From NCBI GenBank assembly GCA_965204535.1, contig OZ241996.1:1056001-1120000 (forward strand): a stretch of 64,000 bases of DNA. Reading direction: 5' to 3'. The DNA is from a bacterium (GTDB taxonomy: Bacteria > UBA8248). The stretch's first letter is position 1. Each line of letters starts with the position of its first letter. A model generated the notes under the pieces. It searched no databases. It saw only the letters and a list, made by a program, of their open reading frames with translations, and had not been told where the DNA came from. Position numbers and translations under genes: made by a program. Positions 30,047-42,739 of this stretch are shown one piece after another.

Positions 30047-30140
30047 CGTATTCTCTATTGAAAAGAAATGGCGCCCGGCAACTCTGGTTCACTTCGAATC
30101 TTAGGAGAGCACCGAAGCAGGTGTCAAGAAACCTTTGATT

Positions 30141-31937
30141 CTAGCGGCGAACGATGAGTTTCTCTCCGGGAAAAATTTTGGCCGAGGCGCTCAGCCGATT
30201 CCACGTGAGGAGAGATTTTGTTGAAATTCCGTATCGTTTGGCGATAAGCCAGATGTTCTCTCCCGGACCTACGAGATGGTGCAATGGTCTATCCGGATTT
30301 TTTTTCTCGCTTTTTTCGACCTTCGTAAGGCGTTTTGGGGAAGGGAGGTGAATTTTCATGCCGATGCGCAGGCGTTTTGGATTGAGGCCGGTATTGATGC
30401 GCATGAGTTCCTGGGTGGAGGTGCCGTATTTTCGTGCGATTAACCAGAAATTTTCACCTCGTCGTACGACATGCAACTGCGGCGTGGGAGTGTTCCCATT
30501 TGCCGATGCGGCGTTTTGTAGTGGCGCCTTCATTTTTTTGGGTGATTGGGGAAGGAGAATTTTGGCACCCACTTGAAGTTTTCTGGGATGGAGATGGGTG
30601 TTCATCTCGAGCAGCCTGTCTAACGGGACTCCGAGTCTTTGTGCGATGGCGCCAAAAGTATCACCCGGCTGTATGCGGTAACCGTTCGGAGAGGCAAAAT
30701 GCCTCTCGGTGAGTTTCGCGAATTTTGCGGCAAATTCATTTGCTTCTTCGTCCGGCAGAAAAAGATGGTATCCATTGCCCGGGGGTGTGACGGAGGTTCT
30801 CAACTCCGCATTGATTTCCCTCAGAGTGCGCAGCGAGACGTTCGAAATACGGGAAATCGCTCTCAAGCTGGTACCATGCGAAAGTTTGACGGTTTTGAAG
30901 GCCCAGGGGTTCTCATAATCGATGCCCACGAATCCGAAAACTTCCGGGTTTTTGGCGATAATCATCCCTGCCAGGTACTTGGCGACGTAGTTGCGGGTTT
31001 CGTTGGGCAAGTATCTCGTTCTGGCCAGTGACCAGTAGTCTTTTCGCTTCGACCTGCGAATGGCCCTGGCGATGCGGCGTTCTCCCGCGTTGTATGCGGC
31101 GAGCGCGAGGTGCCAGTCGCCGAAGTCCCCATAAAGTTTCGAAAGGTATGCCGCGGCCGCTCGGGTGGACTTCATCGGGTGGCGGCGCTCATCAAGGTAA
31201 TAATTGATTTTCAGGCCCATCCGCCTCGCTGTGCCAGGCATGAACTGCCAGGGACCGACCGCACCGGCTCTGGAGCGCGCCTTCGGGCTGAATCCGCTCT
31301 CGATCAGAGAGAGATATGCCAAGTCCTGCGGCAGTTGGTGTTCCTTCAGAATTTCTCGGAACAATTTGATATAGCGTCCCCCCCTGCCCAACCAGACGGA
31401 AAAACTGGCGCGTCCAGGACCCGTGAAGTACTCAATCCACCTATCCACGATGGCGTTTCGGACGACGGGGACATCATACAAAAAAGCCTTTGGTTTCTTG
31501 GTTTCCGGCGTCAGGGGAGACTTGAGGAATTCTTCGGTTTCAGGTACCGGCAGACTGATGTCATGAGGAGAAGGTTCAGAGTCCTTAACCGTCTTTTCAT
31601 CTCTTGATTCTTCAGTATCCGGCTGCTTGGCGACTTTATCGGCTTCGTTGTCTTTCGGTTGTATGGACGCCAAGGCCTTTGGCGATTCTTTTTGAGCGGC
31701 TTCAGGTCGCTCGGGCGCTATGCGTTTTGGAGAGAGGAAAGCCGTCGTTTCTCGAAGTAGGGCAGAGGTCCTCTCTTCGATGGAAACGGCGCTGGTCAAT
31801 TTTTTCGAAGTATCAACACTCGCCTGGATGGAGCCATCGCCTGTCAATTTCTTCGGCTGAATTTCATTTTGAGCGACGGGTGCTGTGCTGCAGCCTGCTG
31901 TGAAAACGCAGATCAGGAGAAAACATCTTCGATTCAT
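30141..31937 (-). CDS. mltD: Lytic murein transglycosylase with LysM repeats (MltD-like)
   Basis: Lipobox TAGC; SLT motifs IESGF, GPWQFMPGT, AAYNAG, LPNETRNYV; three C-terminal LysM domains. Confidence 0.88.
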   Translation of the reverse strand: MNRRCFLLICVFTAGCSTAPVAQNEIQPKKLTGDGSIQASVDTSKKLTSAVSIEERTSALLRETTAFLSPKRIAPERPEAAQKESPKALASIQPKDNEADKVAKQPDTEESRDEKTVKDSEPSPHDISLPVPETEEFLKSPLTPETKKPKAFLYDVPVVRNAIVDRWIEYFTGPGRASFSVWLGRGGRYIKLFREILKEHQLPQDLAYLSLIESGFSPKARSRAGAVGPWQFMPGTARRMGLKINYYLDERRHPMKSTRAAAAYLSKLYGDFGDWHLALAAYNAGERRIARAIRRSKRKDYWSLARTRYLPNETRNYVAKYLAGMIIAKNPEVFGFVGIDYENPWAFKTVKLSHGTSLRAISRISNVSLRTLREINAELRTSVTPPGNGYHLFLPDEEANEFAAKFAKLTERHFASPNGYRIQPGDTFGAIAQRLGVPLDRLLEMNTHLHPRKLQVGAKILLPQSPKKMKAPLQNAASANGNTPTPQLHVVRRGENFWLIARKYGTSTQELMRINTGLNPKRLRIGMKIHLPSPKRLTKVEKSEKKNPDRPLHHLVGPGENIWLIAKRYGISTKSLLTWNRLSASAKIFPGEKLIVRR

Positions 31938-32047
31938 GGGTAAGATACCTTCTCCCCGATTTTGGGTATTCTCTCATGACGTTCGGGAGTGACGGAACAA
32001 CCACCGCCAAATAGGATAACAATCACCGATAAGTTTGGTCAAATTGG

Positions 32048-33496
32048 TTATGCGCGGTGCTCCGAGGTGCGCGAATCCCGGAAAAGAGAGAGCTGATAGT
32101 CGTTTTCCTCGACTGGAATCGGGTAATTTCCCGAAAAACAAGCCGTGCAAAACGCATCTTCATTCGGATGAACGCAGCGAAGCAGACCCTCCAGGGATAA
32201 ATAACGGATGCTATCCGCCCTCAGGAACTGCCGGATTTCCTCCACGCTGTTCGAAGACGCCTTCAGTTCCGCGAGGGTAGGCATGTCGATACCGAAGAAA
32301 CACGGGTGGGTGATGGGGGGAGAACTGATGCGCATGTGCACTTCTTTTGCCCCTGCTCGCCGGATGAGTTCGACGATTTTTTGGCTCGTCGTGCCCCTGA
32401 CGAGGGAATCATCGACCACGACGACTCGCTTGTCCGCCAGAAACTCTTTCATTGGGTTTAATTTGAGTTTGACTCCGAAATTTCGTATGGACTGTTCCGG
32501 TTCGATAAACGTGCGGCCCACGTAGTGATTGCGAATCAGGCCCCATTCAAAAGGTAAGCCCGATGCGTCTGCATATCCGAGCGCGGCGGATAGGCCCGAG
32601 TCCGGAACGGGCGTGACGATATCCGCCTCCACATTGTCTTCCTCGGCGAGCCTAGCGCCTAGTTTTCGCCTGATGCCATAAGCGTTCTTCCCGAAAATGA
32701 AGCTGTCCGGACGGGCGAAATAGATGAACTCGAAAATACATTGCCGATGTTCAACAGACGCAGAGTGAGAAATGCTCCTTAAGCCGTTTTCGTCGATAAT
32801 GACCATCTCTCCGGGTTCAATTTCGCGGATATATTCGGCGTCAATCAAATCGAGTGCGCACGTTTCGCTCGCGAGAACCCAGGAATCGCCTCCGCTTTGC
32901 CCGGCGGGGAGTTTGCCCAATGCCAGAGGGCGGAAGCCAAGAGGGTCACGGACGCCAATCAACTTATCCTCGGTCATCATCGTGAGCGTATAGGCGCCCT
33001 CCAATCGTTGAAGGGCTTCGACAATGGCTCCCTCGGTGGTTTTCTCCGCGGAGCGGGCGATGAGATGCAGGATGACCTCGCTGTCCGTCGTGCTGCGGAA
33101 TATGGAGCCGTTCGCTTCGAGTTCCTCGCGTAGGGAGCTGCCGTTGACGAGATTTCCGTTGTGGCCGAGGGCGAGGGTTCCTTTGGCGTAGTTCACCAGA
33201 AACGGTTGGGCATTCTTGATGTCGGATTGCCCGGCGGTGGAGTAGCGGTTGTGTCCGATGGCGATGCGGCCTTTAAGCTTGGCGATGCGCTCTTCCGTGA
33301 AAACATCGGCCACGAGACCCATGCCGACTTCGCTGTGCACCTTCTCCCCATTGGAAGCAACGATGCCCGCACTCTCCTGTCCTCTGTGTTGAAGTGCGTA
33401 GAGTCCCAGATAGGCCATATTGGCTGCTTCTGGGTGACCGTAGATTCCAAAAACCCCGCATTCTTCTTTCGGATGGTCATCTATCGAAACAGACAT
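32048..33496 (-). CDS. purF: Amidophosphoribosyltransferase
   Basis: EE-CGVFG propeptide, LQHRGQE, GHNRYST, CIFEFIYFARPDS, DDSLVRGTT, CTACF. Confidence 0.97.
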   Translation of the reverse strand: MSVSIDDHPKEECGVFGIYGHPEAANMAYLGLYALQHRGQESAGIVASNGEKVHSEVGMGLVADVFTEERIAKLKGRIAIGHNRYSTAGQSDIKNAQPFLVNYAKGTLALGHNGNLVNGSSLREELEANGSIFRSTTDSEVILHLIARSAEKTTEGAIVEALQRLEGAYTLTMMTEDKLIGVRDPLGFRPLALGKLPAGQSGGDSWVLASETCALDLIDAEYIREIEPGEMVIIDENGLRSISHSASVEHRQCIFEFIYFARPDSFIFGKNAYGIRRKLGARLAEEDNVEADIVTPVPDSGLSAALGYADASGLPFEWGLIRNHYVGRTFIEPEQSIRNFGVKLKLNPMKEFLADKRVVVVDDSLVRGTTSQKIVELIRRAGAKEVHMRISSPPITHPCFFGIDMPTLAELKASSNSVEEIRQFLRADSIRYLSLEGLLRCVHPNEDAFCTACFSGNYPIPVEENDYQLSLFRDSRTSEHRA

Positions 33497-33497
33497 C

Positions 33498-35731
<2,234 letters not shown>

Positions 35732-35735
<4 letters not shown>

Positions 35736-36433
35736 GTTGAAGCCACCATCCGCAGCACGGACATAAACATCTGCAACCCGTCCTCGCCGCCCAGCAGGGG
35801 GTCGCAACTTCGCTCGGGATGCGGCATGAGGCCCACCACGTTACCTTGCTGATTGCATATGCCCGCGATGTTATCCATCGAACCGTTGGGATTCGCTTGC
35901 GCGTTCACGTCACCTTCCGCGTCGGCGTAGCGAAAAACAATCTGATCGTTATCTTCGAGTGCGGCGAGCGTCTCGGGATCACAAAAATAGTTTCCCTCGC
36001 CGTGCGCGATGGTCATTTTGAGGATTTCGTCCGGTTCGATGCCGCAGGTGAAGGGGGTTCTCGACGTTTCGCATTTGAGCCAAACTTCCTCACAAACGAA
36101 GCGAAGCGACTCGTTTCGCCTCAAGGCCCCGGGCAGGAGACCCGATTCGGTCAGGCACTGAAAGCCGTTGCATATGCCGAGTAGGGGACGCCCCTCACGT
36201 GCATGCGTGGTAACGGCCTTCATGATGGGCGAGAAGCGCGATATGGCGCCGGCTCTTAGGTAATCCCCGTAGCTGAAGCCTCCTGGAAGTATCACCACTT
36301 CCGCGTCTCCCAAAGAGGTCTCCTTGTGCCATACGAATCTCACCGGCTGTTTTAGAACATCCTTGATGGCGTGGTAGCAGTCGTGATCGCAATTGGAGCC
36401 GGGAAAGACGATGACGGCGAATTGCATTCTCAT
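35732..36433 (-). CDS. purQ: FGAM synthase glutaminase subunit
   Basis: [36 protein letters not shown]. Confidence 0.97.
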
Positions 36434-36690
36434 CTCCCGCCGTTGGTGGATTCATCCGTCATTTCGATGCGGTAGTCTTCGATGACGGGGTTGGCGAGCA
36501 GGTCGCGGCACATTTTTTCCAGATCGGCATGAACGTCTTCCGCGTCTTCGAGTTCTATCTCGATAAATTTCCCCACGCGCACGTCGTTCACGCCCTTGAA
36601 TCCAAGAGAGGAGAGCGCTCCCCGGATGGCTTCTCCTTGGGGATCGAGCACGCCCGCTTTGAATGTCACGTAGACCAGGGCCTTCGGCAT
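36430..36690 (-). CDS. purS: FGAM synthase subunit PurS
   Basis: [21 protein letters not shown]. Confidence 0.95.
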   Translation of the reverse strand: MPKALVYVTFKAGVLDPQGEAIRGALSSLGFKGVNDVRVGKFIEIELEDAEDVHADLEKMCRDLLANPVIEDYRIEMTDESTNGGR

Positions 36691-36708
36691 TACCACCTCA
36701 AGGCGAAG

Positions 36709-37422
36709 TTAATCTATGACGAGTTTTTCGACTTCGGCGTATGCGTCTTCCACCTGCCCCAAGTCCCTTCGGAAGCGATCTTTATCCAGTTTGCGACCCG
36801 TGCCCTGCTCCCAGAAACGGCAACCATCCGGCGTGATTTCATCGCCCAGAAGCAGCTTGCCGTCCTCGGCCGCACAGCGCCCGAACTCGAGTTTGAAATC
36901 GACGAGGTCGATGTTTCGCGCAGAGAAAAACGCGGTGAGGATGTCGTTCACCTTGAAGGCGTATTCGCGCATCTGAGCGAGTTCTTCGCGCGTCGCCAGG
37001 TCGAAGGCCACGGCGGTGTCTTCGTTGATGAGCGGGTCGTCGAGTTCATCGTTTTTCAAATGCAGATCAACGATCGTGTTTGGGAGACGCGCACCTTCTT
37101 CCACCCCCATTCTCTTGGCCAGGCTTCCCGCGATGATGTTTCTCAGCACGACCTCGACCAGAATGATGTCGAGTTTTTTCACCAACATCTCCCGATCGGA
37201 GAGTTTTTCCACGAAATGCGTGGGCACGCCCTGACGCTCGACCTCCTGGAGCAGACGAGAGGAGATGGAGTTGTTGAAAACGCCTTTGGCTTCGATGGTG
37301 CCCAGTTTCTTGGCGTTAAAGGCAGAAGCATCGTCTTTGAAGAACTGGATATAGTAGTCGGGGTTGTCGGTCTCGTAGATGATCTTGGCCTTGCCTTCGT
37401 AAACCTGTCTGCCGCATTCCAT
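36709..37422 (-). CDS. purC: SAICAR synthase
   Basis: YEGKAK, FKDDASAFN, EVVLRN..AGS, LVDFKLEFG, DEITPDGCRFW, DKDRFR. Confidence 0.97.
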   Translation of the reverse strand: MECGRQVYEGKAKIIYETDNPDYYIQFFKDDASAFNAKKLGTIEAKGVFNNSISSRLLQEVERQGVPTHFVEKLSDREMLVKKLDIILVEVVLRNIIAGSLAKRMGVEEGARLPNTIVDLHLKNDELDDPLINEDTAVAFDLATREELAQMREYAFKVNDILTAFFSARNIDLVDFKLEFGRCAAEDGKLLLGDEITPDGCRFWEQGTGRKLDKDRFRRDLGQVEDAYAEVEKLVID

Positions 37423-37575
37423 GAACAATTCTCCATATGAGGATCGCTGAATTCGAACCTTCGTCTCAGGGGTTATTCCATCATTTTAAAGGGTTAAAAA
37501 ACGACCATGCCGGGCGTTCAGGACTTGCAATCCTAACATAACCGAGCCGGTTTTTGTCACCCCGTATATTCAGTT

Positions 37576-38883
37576 TCATTCCTCATCGGGACCGAAGACG
37601 CGCTCGAAAATCCGATCCAGATTTTTCAGGTGGGCGTCCATATCGAAGCAATGAGCGAGTTCCTCTTCACCCAACACGCCGCCCACTTGTGGGTCCGCCG
37701 CCAGTTTCGCCTGGAAATCGCCTCCCTCGGCCCATATTTCCATGGCGGGAGCCTGAACCCGCGCGTAGGCATCCTCCCGCGTGATGCCCGTTTTGCGAAT
37801 CAGGGCGAGCATGACGTGTTCACTGAGGAGCAATCCCCTCGAGCGCGCAAGGTTTTCCAGCATCTTGTCGGGATAGATCACCCAGTTCTTCATCAAGTCG
37901 TTGAGTTTGGCCAGCATGTAATCCACGAGAATCGTGCTGTCCGGCAATATGACGCGTTCCACGGATGAGTGGGATATGTCGCGCTCATGCCATAGAGGAA
38001 CATTCTGCAGGGCCGCCGTGGCGTTCCCCTGCACCACGCGGGCAAGGCCGCACAACTGCTCCGAAACCACGGGGTTTCTCTTATGGGGCATGGCGGAGCT
38101 TCCTTTCTGGCCTTTGCTGAAGAACTCTTCCGCTTCGCCCACTTCGTTCCTTTGCAGGTGGCGCACCTCCGTCGCCACGCGGGAGATGCTCGTCGCCACG
38201 AGAGCGAGAGTCAGGTGAAACTCCGCATGGCGGTCGCGCTGGATGATTTGGCTGCTCACGCGGTCCACCTTGAGGCCCAGGCGCTCGCAAATGGTCTCTT
38301 CGGCGTCTGGGGGAATGTGGGGACACGCGCCTACGGCGCCTGATATCTGGCCGACGCGAACGGTTTCACGCGCGCTTTGCATTCGCTCATAAGCGCGCTC
38401 GAACTCGGTGTACCAGGTGGCTATTTTGAGACCCAAGGTTGTGGGCTCGGCGTGCATCCCGTGGGTTCTGCCCGAAATGATGGTGCGCTTTTGCTCCAGA
38501 GCGCGTTCTTTCAGGGTCTTTTTCAGTTCCTGAATATCATCGAGGATGATGTCGGCCGCCGATATGAGCTGAAGCGCAAGGCCGGTATCCAGTACGTCGC
38601 TGCTCGTCATGCCGAGGTGAATGTAGCGCGAGGATGGTCCTACATGCTCCGCCACGTTCGTGAGAAAGGCAATGACATCGTGCTTGGTTACGCGCTCAAT
38701 TTCCTTGATTCGTTCCGTTTCGAAAGCCGTTTTTGATTTAATCTCATCCAGCGCCTCCGCCGGAATTTCGCCGCGCGCGCACATTTCCTCGCAAACGGCT
38801 ATCTCCACATCGAGCATGCGCTGCAGTTTTTCCCGTTCTTCCCATATTTTCGCCATTTCGGGGCGGGTGTATCGCGGAATCAA
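37576..38883 (-). CDS. purB: Adenylosuccinate lyase
   Basis: IPRY, TKHDVIAF, GRTHGMHAEP, GSSAMPHKRNP, WHERDISHSS. Confidence 0.97.
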   Translation of the reverse strand: MIPRYTRPEMAKIWEEREKLQRMLDVEIAVCEEMCARGEIPAEALDEIKSKTAFETERIKEIERVTKHDVIAFLTNVAEHVGPSSRYIHLGMTSSDVLDTGLALQLISAADIILDDIQELKKTLKERALEQKRTIISGRTHGMHAEPTTLGLKIATWYTEFERAYERMQSARETVRVGQISGAVGACPHIPPDAEETICERLGLKVDRVSSQIIQRDRHAEFHLTLALVATSISRVATEVRHLQRNEVGEAEEFFSKGQKGSSAMPHKRNPVVSEQLCGLARVVQGNATAALQNVPLWHERDISHSSVERVILPDSTILVDYMLAKLNDLMKNWVIYPDKMLENLARSRGLLLSEHVMLALIRKTGITREDAYARVQAPAMEIWAEGGDFQAKLAADPQVGGVLGEEELAHCFDMDAHLKNLDRIFERVFGPDEE

Positions 38884-39674
38884 GGAAGACCCTCCGTTAT
38901 CCCTCCGGCGCCCACGAGGGGAGTCGGCTCATCCTGAGAAGCGCTCAGGAGATTTTTCCGTTCGTGGCCGTTCAACGCTTTTCGGGCCGTTTCCAAGATA
39001 AGCTGGTTCTCGTTGTTCTCTTGGGAGATATGGGCGCAGATGAGCCACTCGAAGTCGGCCGTTACGATGTTCCTAAGCAGCTTGGCTGCGTCCTCGTTGC
39101 TGAGATGTCCGAGTTTGCCTCGAATCCTTTGTTTGATCGGCCAAGGGTAGGGGCCGTTAATGAGCATTTCCACGTCATGATTGAATTCCAGGACGAGTCC
39201 CTGAAGTCCCTGGAGCCGCTGGCGCGCCAGATTCGTGACGAATCCCATGTCGGTGGCGAAACCGACGCGGCGCCCGTCTTCATCGTTGAATATCAACCCG
39301 AAGGGGTCGGCCGCGTCATGGGGCGTGCTGAAAGGTTCGACCCGTATGCCGCCGATGTGAAAGGGGAGTCCCACTTCGATTTCCGTCCACGCAGGAGTCT
39401 CGCCTATCGTTTCCTGGCTCGCTGTGTAGGTAGCTTTGTTCGTCCAAAGGGGCAGATTCCACCTTCTCGCCAAAGTGCCGGCGCTTCTGATGTGATCGAT
39501 ATGTTCATGCGTGAGCACGACCGCCATCAGATCCTGTGGATGGACGCCGTAGGTTTCCAGGCGCTTTGTGATTTGCCGTGCGCTGAGGCCCGAATCGACG
39601 AGAAACGCCGTACCGTTTGAGCGTACCAAAGCGGCGTTTCCCCGACTCCCGCTGCCTAGAATTCCAATTTCCAC
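38880..39674 (-). CDS. MBL-fold metallohydrolase (YycJ/WalJ-like)
   Basis: GSGSRGN, THEHIDH, HDAADP, EFNHD, GHLSN, HISQENN. Confidence 0.9.
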   Translation of the reverse strand: MEIGILGSGSRGNAALVRSNGTAFLVDSGLSARQITKRLETYGVHPQDLMAVVLTHEHIDHIRSAGTLARRWNLPLWTNKATYTASQETIGETPAWTEIEVGLPFHIGGIRVEPFSTPHDAADPFGLIFNDEDGRRVGFATDMGFVTNLARQRLQGLQGLVLEFNHDVEMLINGPYPWPIKQRIRGKLGHLSNEDAAKLLRNIVTADFEWLICAHISQENNENQLILETARKALNGHERKNLLSASQDEPTPLVGAGGITEGLP

Positions 39675-39700
39675 GTCTCTCGTCCCGTCGTTATTTCCAC

Positions 39701-40306
39701 TCAGCGATTAAAGGCGATTTTCCGCTTTTGCGAGTCCCTGGTGAAAACCTCATCAATGCGGTGGCAAATATAATGAAGGGCGGCTTCATGGGCTTCCTGT
39801 ATAAAATCTGTGTCATTCGAGGGAACCTTCGCCGCATATTTTGCAGCTTGGGAGGCTGGGCTTCCGCCGCTTCCGGTCATCGTGACGCCAACCAATCCAA
39901 AGGCGTCGGCTCGTTCAAGGGCAGAGACGACATTGGCCGACTTGCCGCTCGTACTCAGACCCAGGGCGACGTCTCCCGCTCGTCCGTGCGCCTGGATCTG
40001 GCGAGCGAAAATTTCCTGGTACGCGTAGTCGTTCCCGATGGCGGTGAGGGCGCTCGTGTCGCCACTGAGGCAGATAGCAGGCAGGGGAGCGCGCTCAGCC
40101 AGGAAGCGACCTACGAGTTCGCCCGTGAAATGCATGGCGAGCGCGGCGCTCCCTCCGTTGCCGAAAGCGATGATTTTCCTTTCGGATATCAGGCATTCGA
40201 CGATGACGCTGCATATGTCGTCTACCTGCCGGGAGTAGTCGCTCACAGCAAGCGATTCATACTTCACGGCGCGTTCGGCCAGGAATTCCTTTGCCGATGA
40301 TCCCAA
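39701..40306 (-). CDS. gmhA: Phosphoheptose isomerase (SIS domain); start uncertain
   Basis: GNGGS..HFTGELVGRF, TAIGNDY, STSGKS.NV, IQEAH..H. Confidence 0.85.
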   Translation of the reverse strand: MGSSAKEFLAERAVKYESLAVSDYSRQVDDICSVIVECLISERKIIAFGNGGSAALAMHFTGELVGRFLAERAPLPAICLSGDTSALTAIGNDYAYQEIFARQIQAHGRAGDVALGLSTSGKSANVVSALERADAFGLVGVTMTGSGGSPASQAAKYAAKVPSNDTDFIQEAHEAALHYICHRIDEVFTRDSQKRKIAFNR

Positions 40307-40395
40307 ATGATGCCTCTGAGTAGTGGGGCGGTAGGGAAGGTGGAGCAGGGAATCCACCCGGTACTCTGCAATCTAGCCGATCCATGGACTGAATT

Positions 40396-41358
40396 TCAAG
40401 GGTTGATGCTCAATCGTTTCCTGAAGTCATCTATTGTGGCCAGGAGACCCTCTTCCAGAGAAATTTCCGGCTCCCAACCGAGATGTTTTTTTGCTTTCCC
40501 GATGTCGGGTTGGCGGATTTTTGGATCATCAACGGGCAGCGGCTCATGCTGTATTATCGAGTCTGCGCCTGTAAGCGCAATGATTTTCTCGGCCAAGGCG
40601 AGGATCGTCATCTCGAAAGGATTCCCGAGGTTGAGAGGTTCATGAATTTCGCTGTCCATCAGCTTGATAAGGCCGTCGATGAGATCGGTGATGAAACAAA
40701 AACTTCTCGTCTGCATGCCATCGCCAAAAACACTGATTGATTCGTTCCGAATGGCTTGGGAGATAAAGGCGGGTATCGCGCGTCCGTCTGCAATTCGCAT
40801 TCTCGGACCATAGGTATTGAAAATGCGGGCGATGTGTACGTTCAGGGCATGGGTCCGATGGTAGGCCATTGTCATGGCTTCGGAGAATCTCTTGGCTTCA
40901 TCATACACGCCGCGCGGACCGATAGGGTTGACGTGGCCCCAGTACTCCTCGTGCTGCGGATGGATCTGGGGGTCGCCATATACCTCCGAGGTGGAAGCCA
41001 GAAGAAAGCGCGCTTTTTTCTCCTTCGCAAGCCCCAGGGCGTTATGAGTGCCGAGGGAGCCGACCTTTAGCGTCTGGATGGGAAATTTCAAATAATCATT
41101 CGGGCTTGCAGGGCTTGCGAGATGGAAAACGGCGTCCACGTTTCCCTTGATGTGAATGTGTTCGCTCACGTTGTGTTTGATGAGCGTAAAATTTGGATGT
41201 TCGTTTTCCAGGAAATGTTTGATGTTGAGATGGTGTCCGGTAAGAAAATTGTCGACGCATATGACATCGTTGCCCAGCGCGATGAGTTTATCGCACAAAT
41301 GGGAGCCGATGAAGCCCGCTCCGCCCGTTACCACAACGCAAGAGTTTTTCATTGTCAA
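40396..41358 (-). CDS. UDP-glucuronate decarboxylase (UXS-like SDR)
   Basis: [54 protein letters not shown]. Confidence 0.92.
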   Translation of the reverse strand: MTMKNSCVVVTGGAGFIGSHLCDKLIALGNDVICVDNFLTGHHLNIKHFLENEHPNFTLIKHNVSEHIHIKGNVDAVFHLASPASPNDYLKFPIQTLKVGSLGTHNALGLAKEKKARFLLASTSEVYGDPQIHPQHEEYWGHVNPIGPRGVYDEAKRFSEAMTMAYHRTHALNVHIARIFNTYGPRMRIADGRAIPAFISQAIRNESISVFGDGMQTRSFCFITDLIDGLIKLMDSEIHEPLNLGNPFEMTILALAEKIIALTGADSIIQHEPLPVDDPKIRQPDIGKAKKHLGWEPEISLEEGLLATIDDFRKRLSINP

Positions 41359-42680
41359 GGTTTGGGCGACGTTTTCCCGATGCTGAAGTATTCGAAGCCA
41401 GCATCTCTTATTTGTTCAGAAGAGTAGATGTTTCGGCCATCAAATATAACCGGTTCCATCATCTCTGATTTCAAGCGGTTCAGATTTAACTGAATAAATT
41501 CGCGCCACTCGGTGACAATTATAATCCCGCTTGCGCCTTTCGCGGCCTCGTAGGGGTTTTTACAATATTCGATATCCTCATCTCCAATGATTCGCTTGGC
41601 GTTTGCGGTGGCGATAGGGTCGTATGCGCGCAGCCTGGCACCCGCCTCGCGGAGTGCGTGACATATCTCGATGCTTTTTGCTTCTCGCATGTCATCCGTG
41701 TCCGGCTTGAACGATAACCCCAAAACGCAGATGGTCTTTCCCTTGAGTGGCAGTTGGTTCTTCGTACCGAGTCTTTCGATGATTCTTTGTACGAAACGAG
41801 GCACCCGGTTGTCGTTTTCCACTTTCACGGCCTCTAAAATCGACATTTCAGCGCCAAGTCTTCTGGAGGCGTGTAACAGGGCATCCACATCCTTAGGAAA
41901 ACAGGAACCGCCATAGCCCAAGCCTGCCCCTAGGAAAGCGTGGCCGATGCGGGAATCCGCGCCAACCCCTTTGATGACTTCTCGAATATCTGCTTGCGTC
42001 TCTTCACAAAGGTTCGCCACTGCGTTGATGAATGTTATTTTCGTCGCCAAAAATGCGTTCGAGGCGTATTTAATCAACTCCGCACTTTGCGTGTCCGTGA
42101 TGATGCAAGGAGCGTTCAGAGCCTGGTATAGAAGCTGAACGGTTTTTGCCGCTTTCTCGGATGATGAGCCGATGACGATACGATCCGGCTGGAGCGTGTC
42201 TCGCACCGCCTGCCCTTCGCGCAAAAACTCTGGATTGCAGACCACGTCGAAATCTGTTGAAGCGACGCCGCTTCTTTCGATGATCTCCTGAACGAAATCC
42301 CCCGTGCCGACGGGCACGGTGCTTTTGTTTACGATGACCTTGTAGCTATTCACCGCGTGAGCGATGCCTATCGCCGCCGCTTCCACATGTGAAAGGTCGG
42401 TTCCACCATCCTCGGCAGGCGGCGTGCCCACACAGATGAAAATAATCTCACTTTTCGAAACAGCCTCATGTATGGAGGTGGTGAATGTTAGCCTGCCTTC
42501 TTGTCGGTTGCGCTCCAGGAGTTCGGGTAGCCTGGGTTCATGAATTGGGCAGCCGCCCGTGTTCAGGGTGTCTACACGGCTTTGGTCGATATCCACGCCG
42601 ATGACTTCGTTGCCCAAGTCGGCGAATACGGCCCCTGTGACTAATCCGACATATCCACAACCGATAACGCAAATGTTCAC
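41355..42680 (-). CDS. ugd: UDP-glucose 6-dehydrogenase
   Basis: [52 protein letters not shown]. Confidence 0.95.
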   Translation of the reverse strand: MNICVIGCGYVGLVTGAVFADLGNEVIGVDIDQSRVDTLNTGGCPIHEPRLPELLERNRQEGRLTFTTSIHEAVSKSEIIFICVGTPPAEDGGTDLSHVEAAAIGIAHAVNSYKVIVNKSTVPVGTGDFVQEIIERSGVASTDFDVVCNPEFLREGQAVRDTLQPDRIVIGSSSEKAAKTVQLLYQALNAPCIITDTQSAELIKYASNAFLATKITFINAVANLCEETQADIREVIKGVGADSRIGHAFLGAGLGYGGSCFPKDVDALLHASRRLGAEMSILEAVKVENDNRVPRFVQRIIERLGTKNQLPLKGKTICVLGLSFKPDTDDMREAKSIEICHALREAGARLRAYDPIATANAKRIIGDEDIEYCKNPYEAAKGASGIIIVTEWREFIQLNLNRLKSEMMEPVIFDGRNIYSSEQIRDAGFEYFSIGKTSPKP

Positions 42681-42739
42681 TAAATTGCCTCACTCTGCAT
42701 CATATGAGCAGGTTGAGCAAAATTTAAGAAAAAAGCCTA

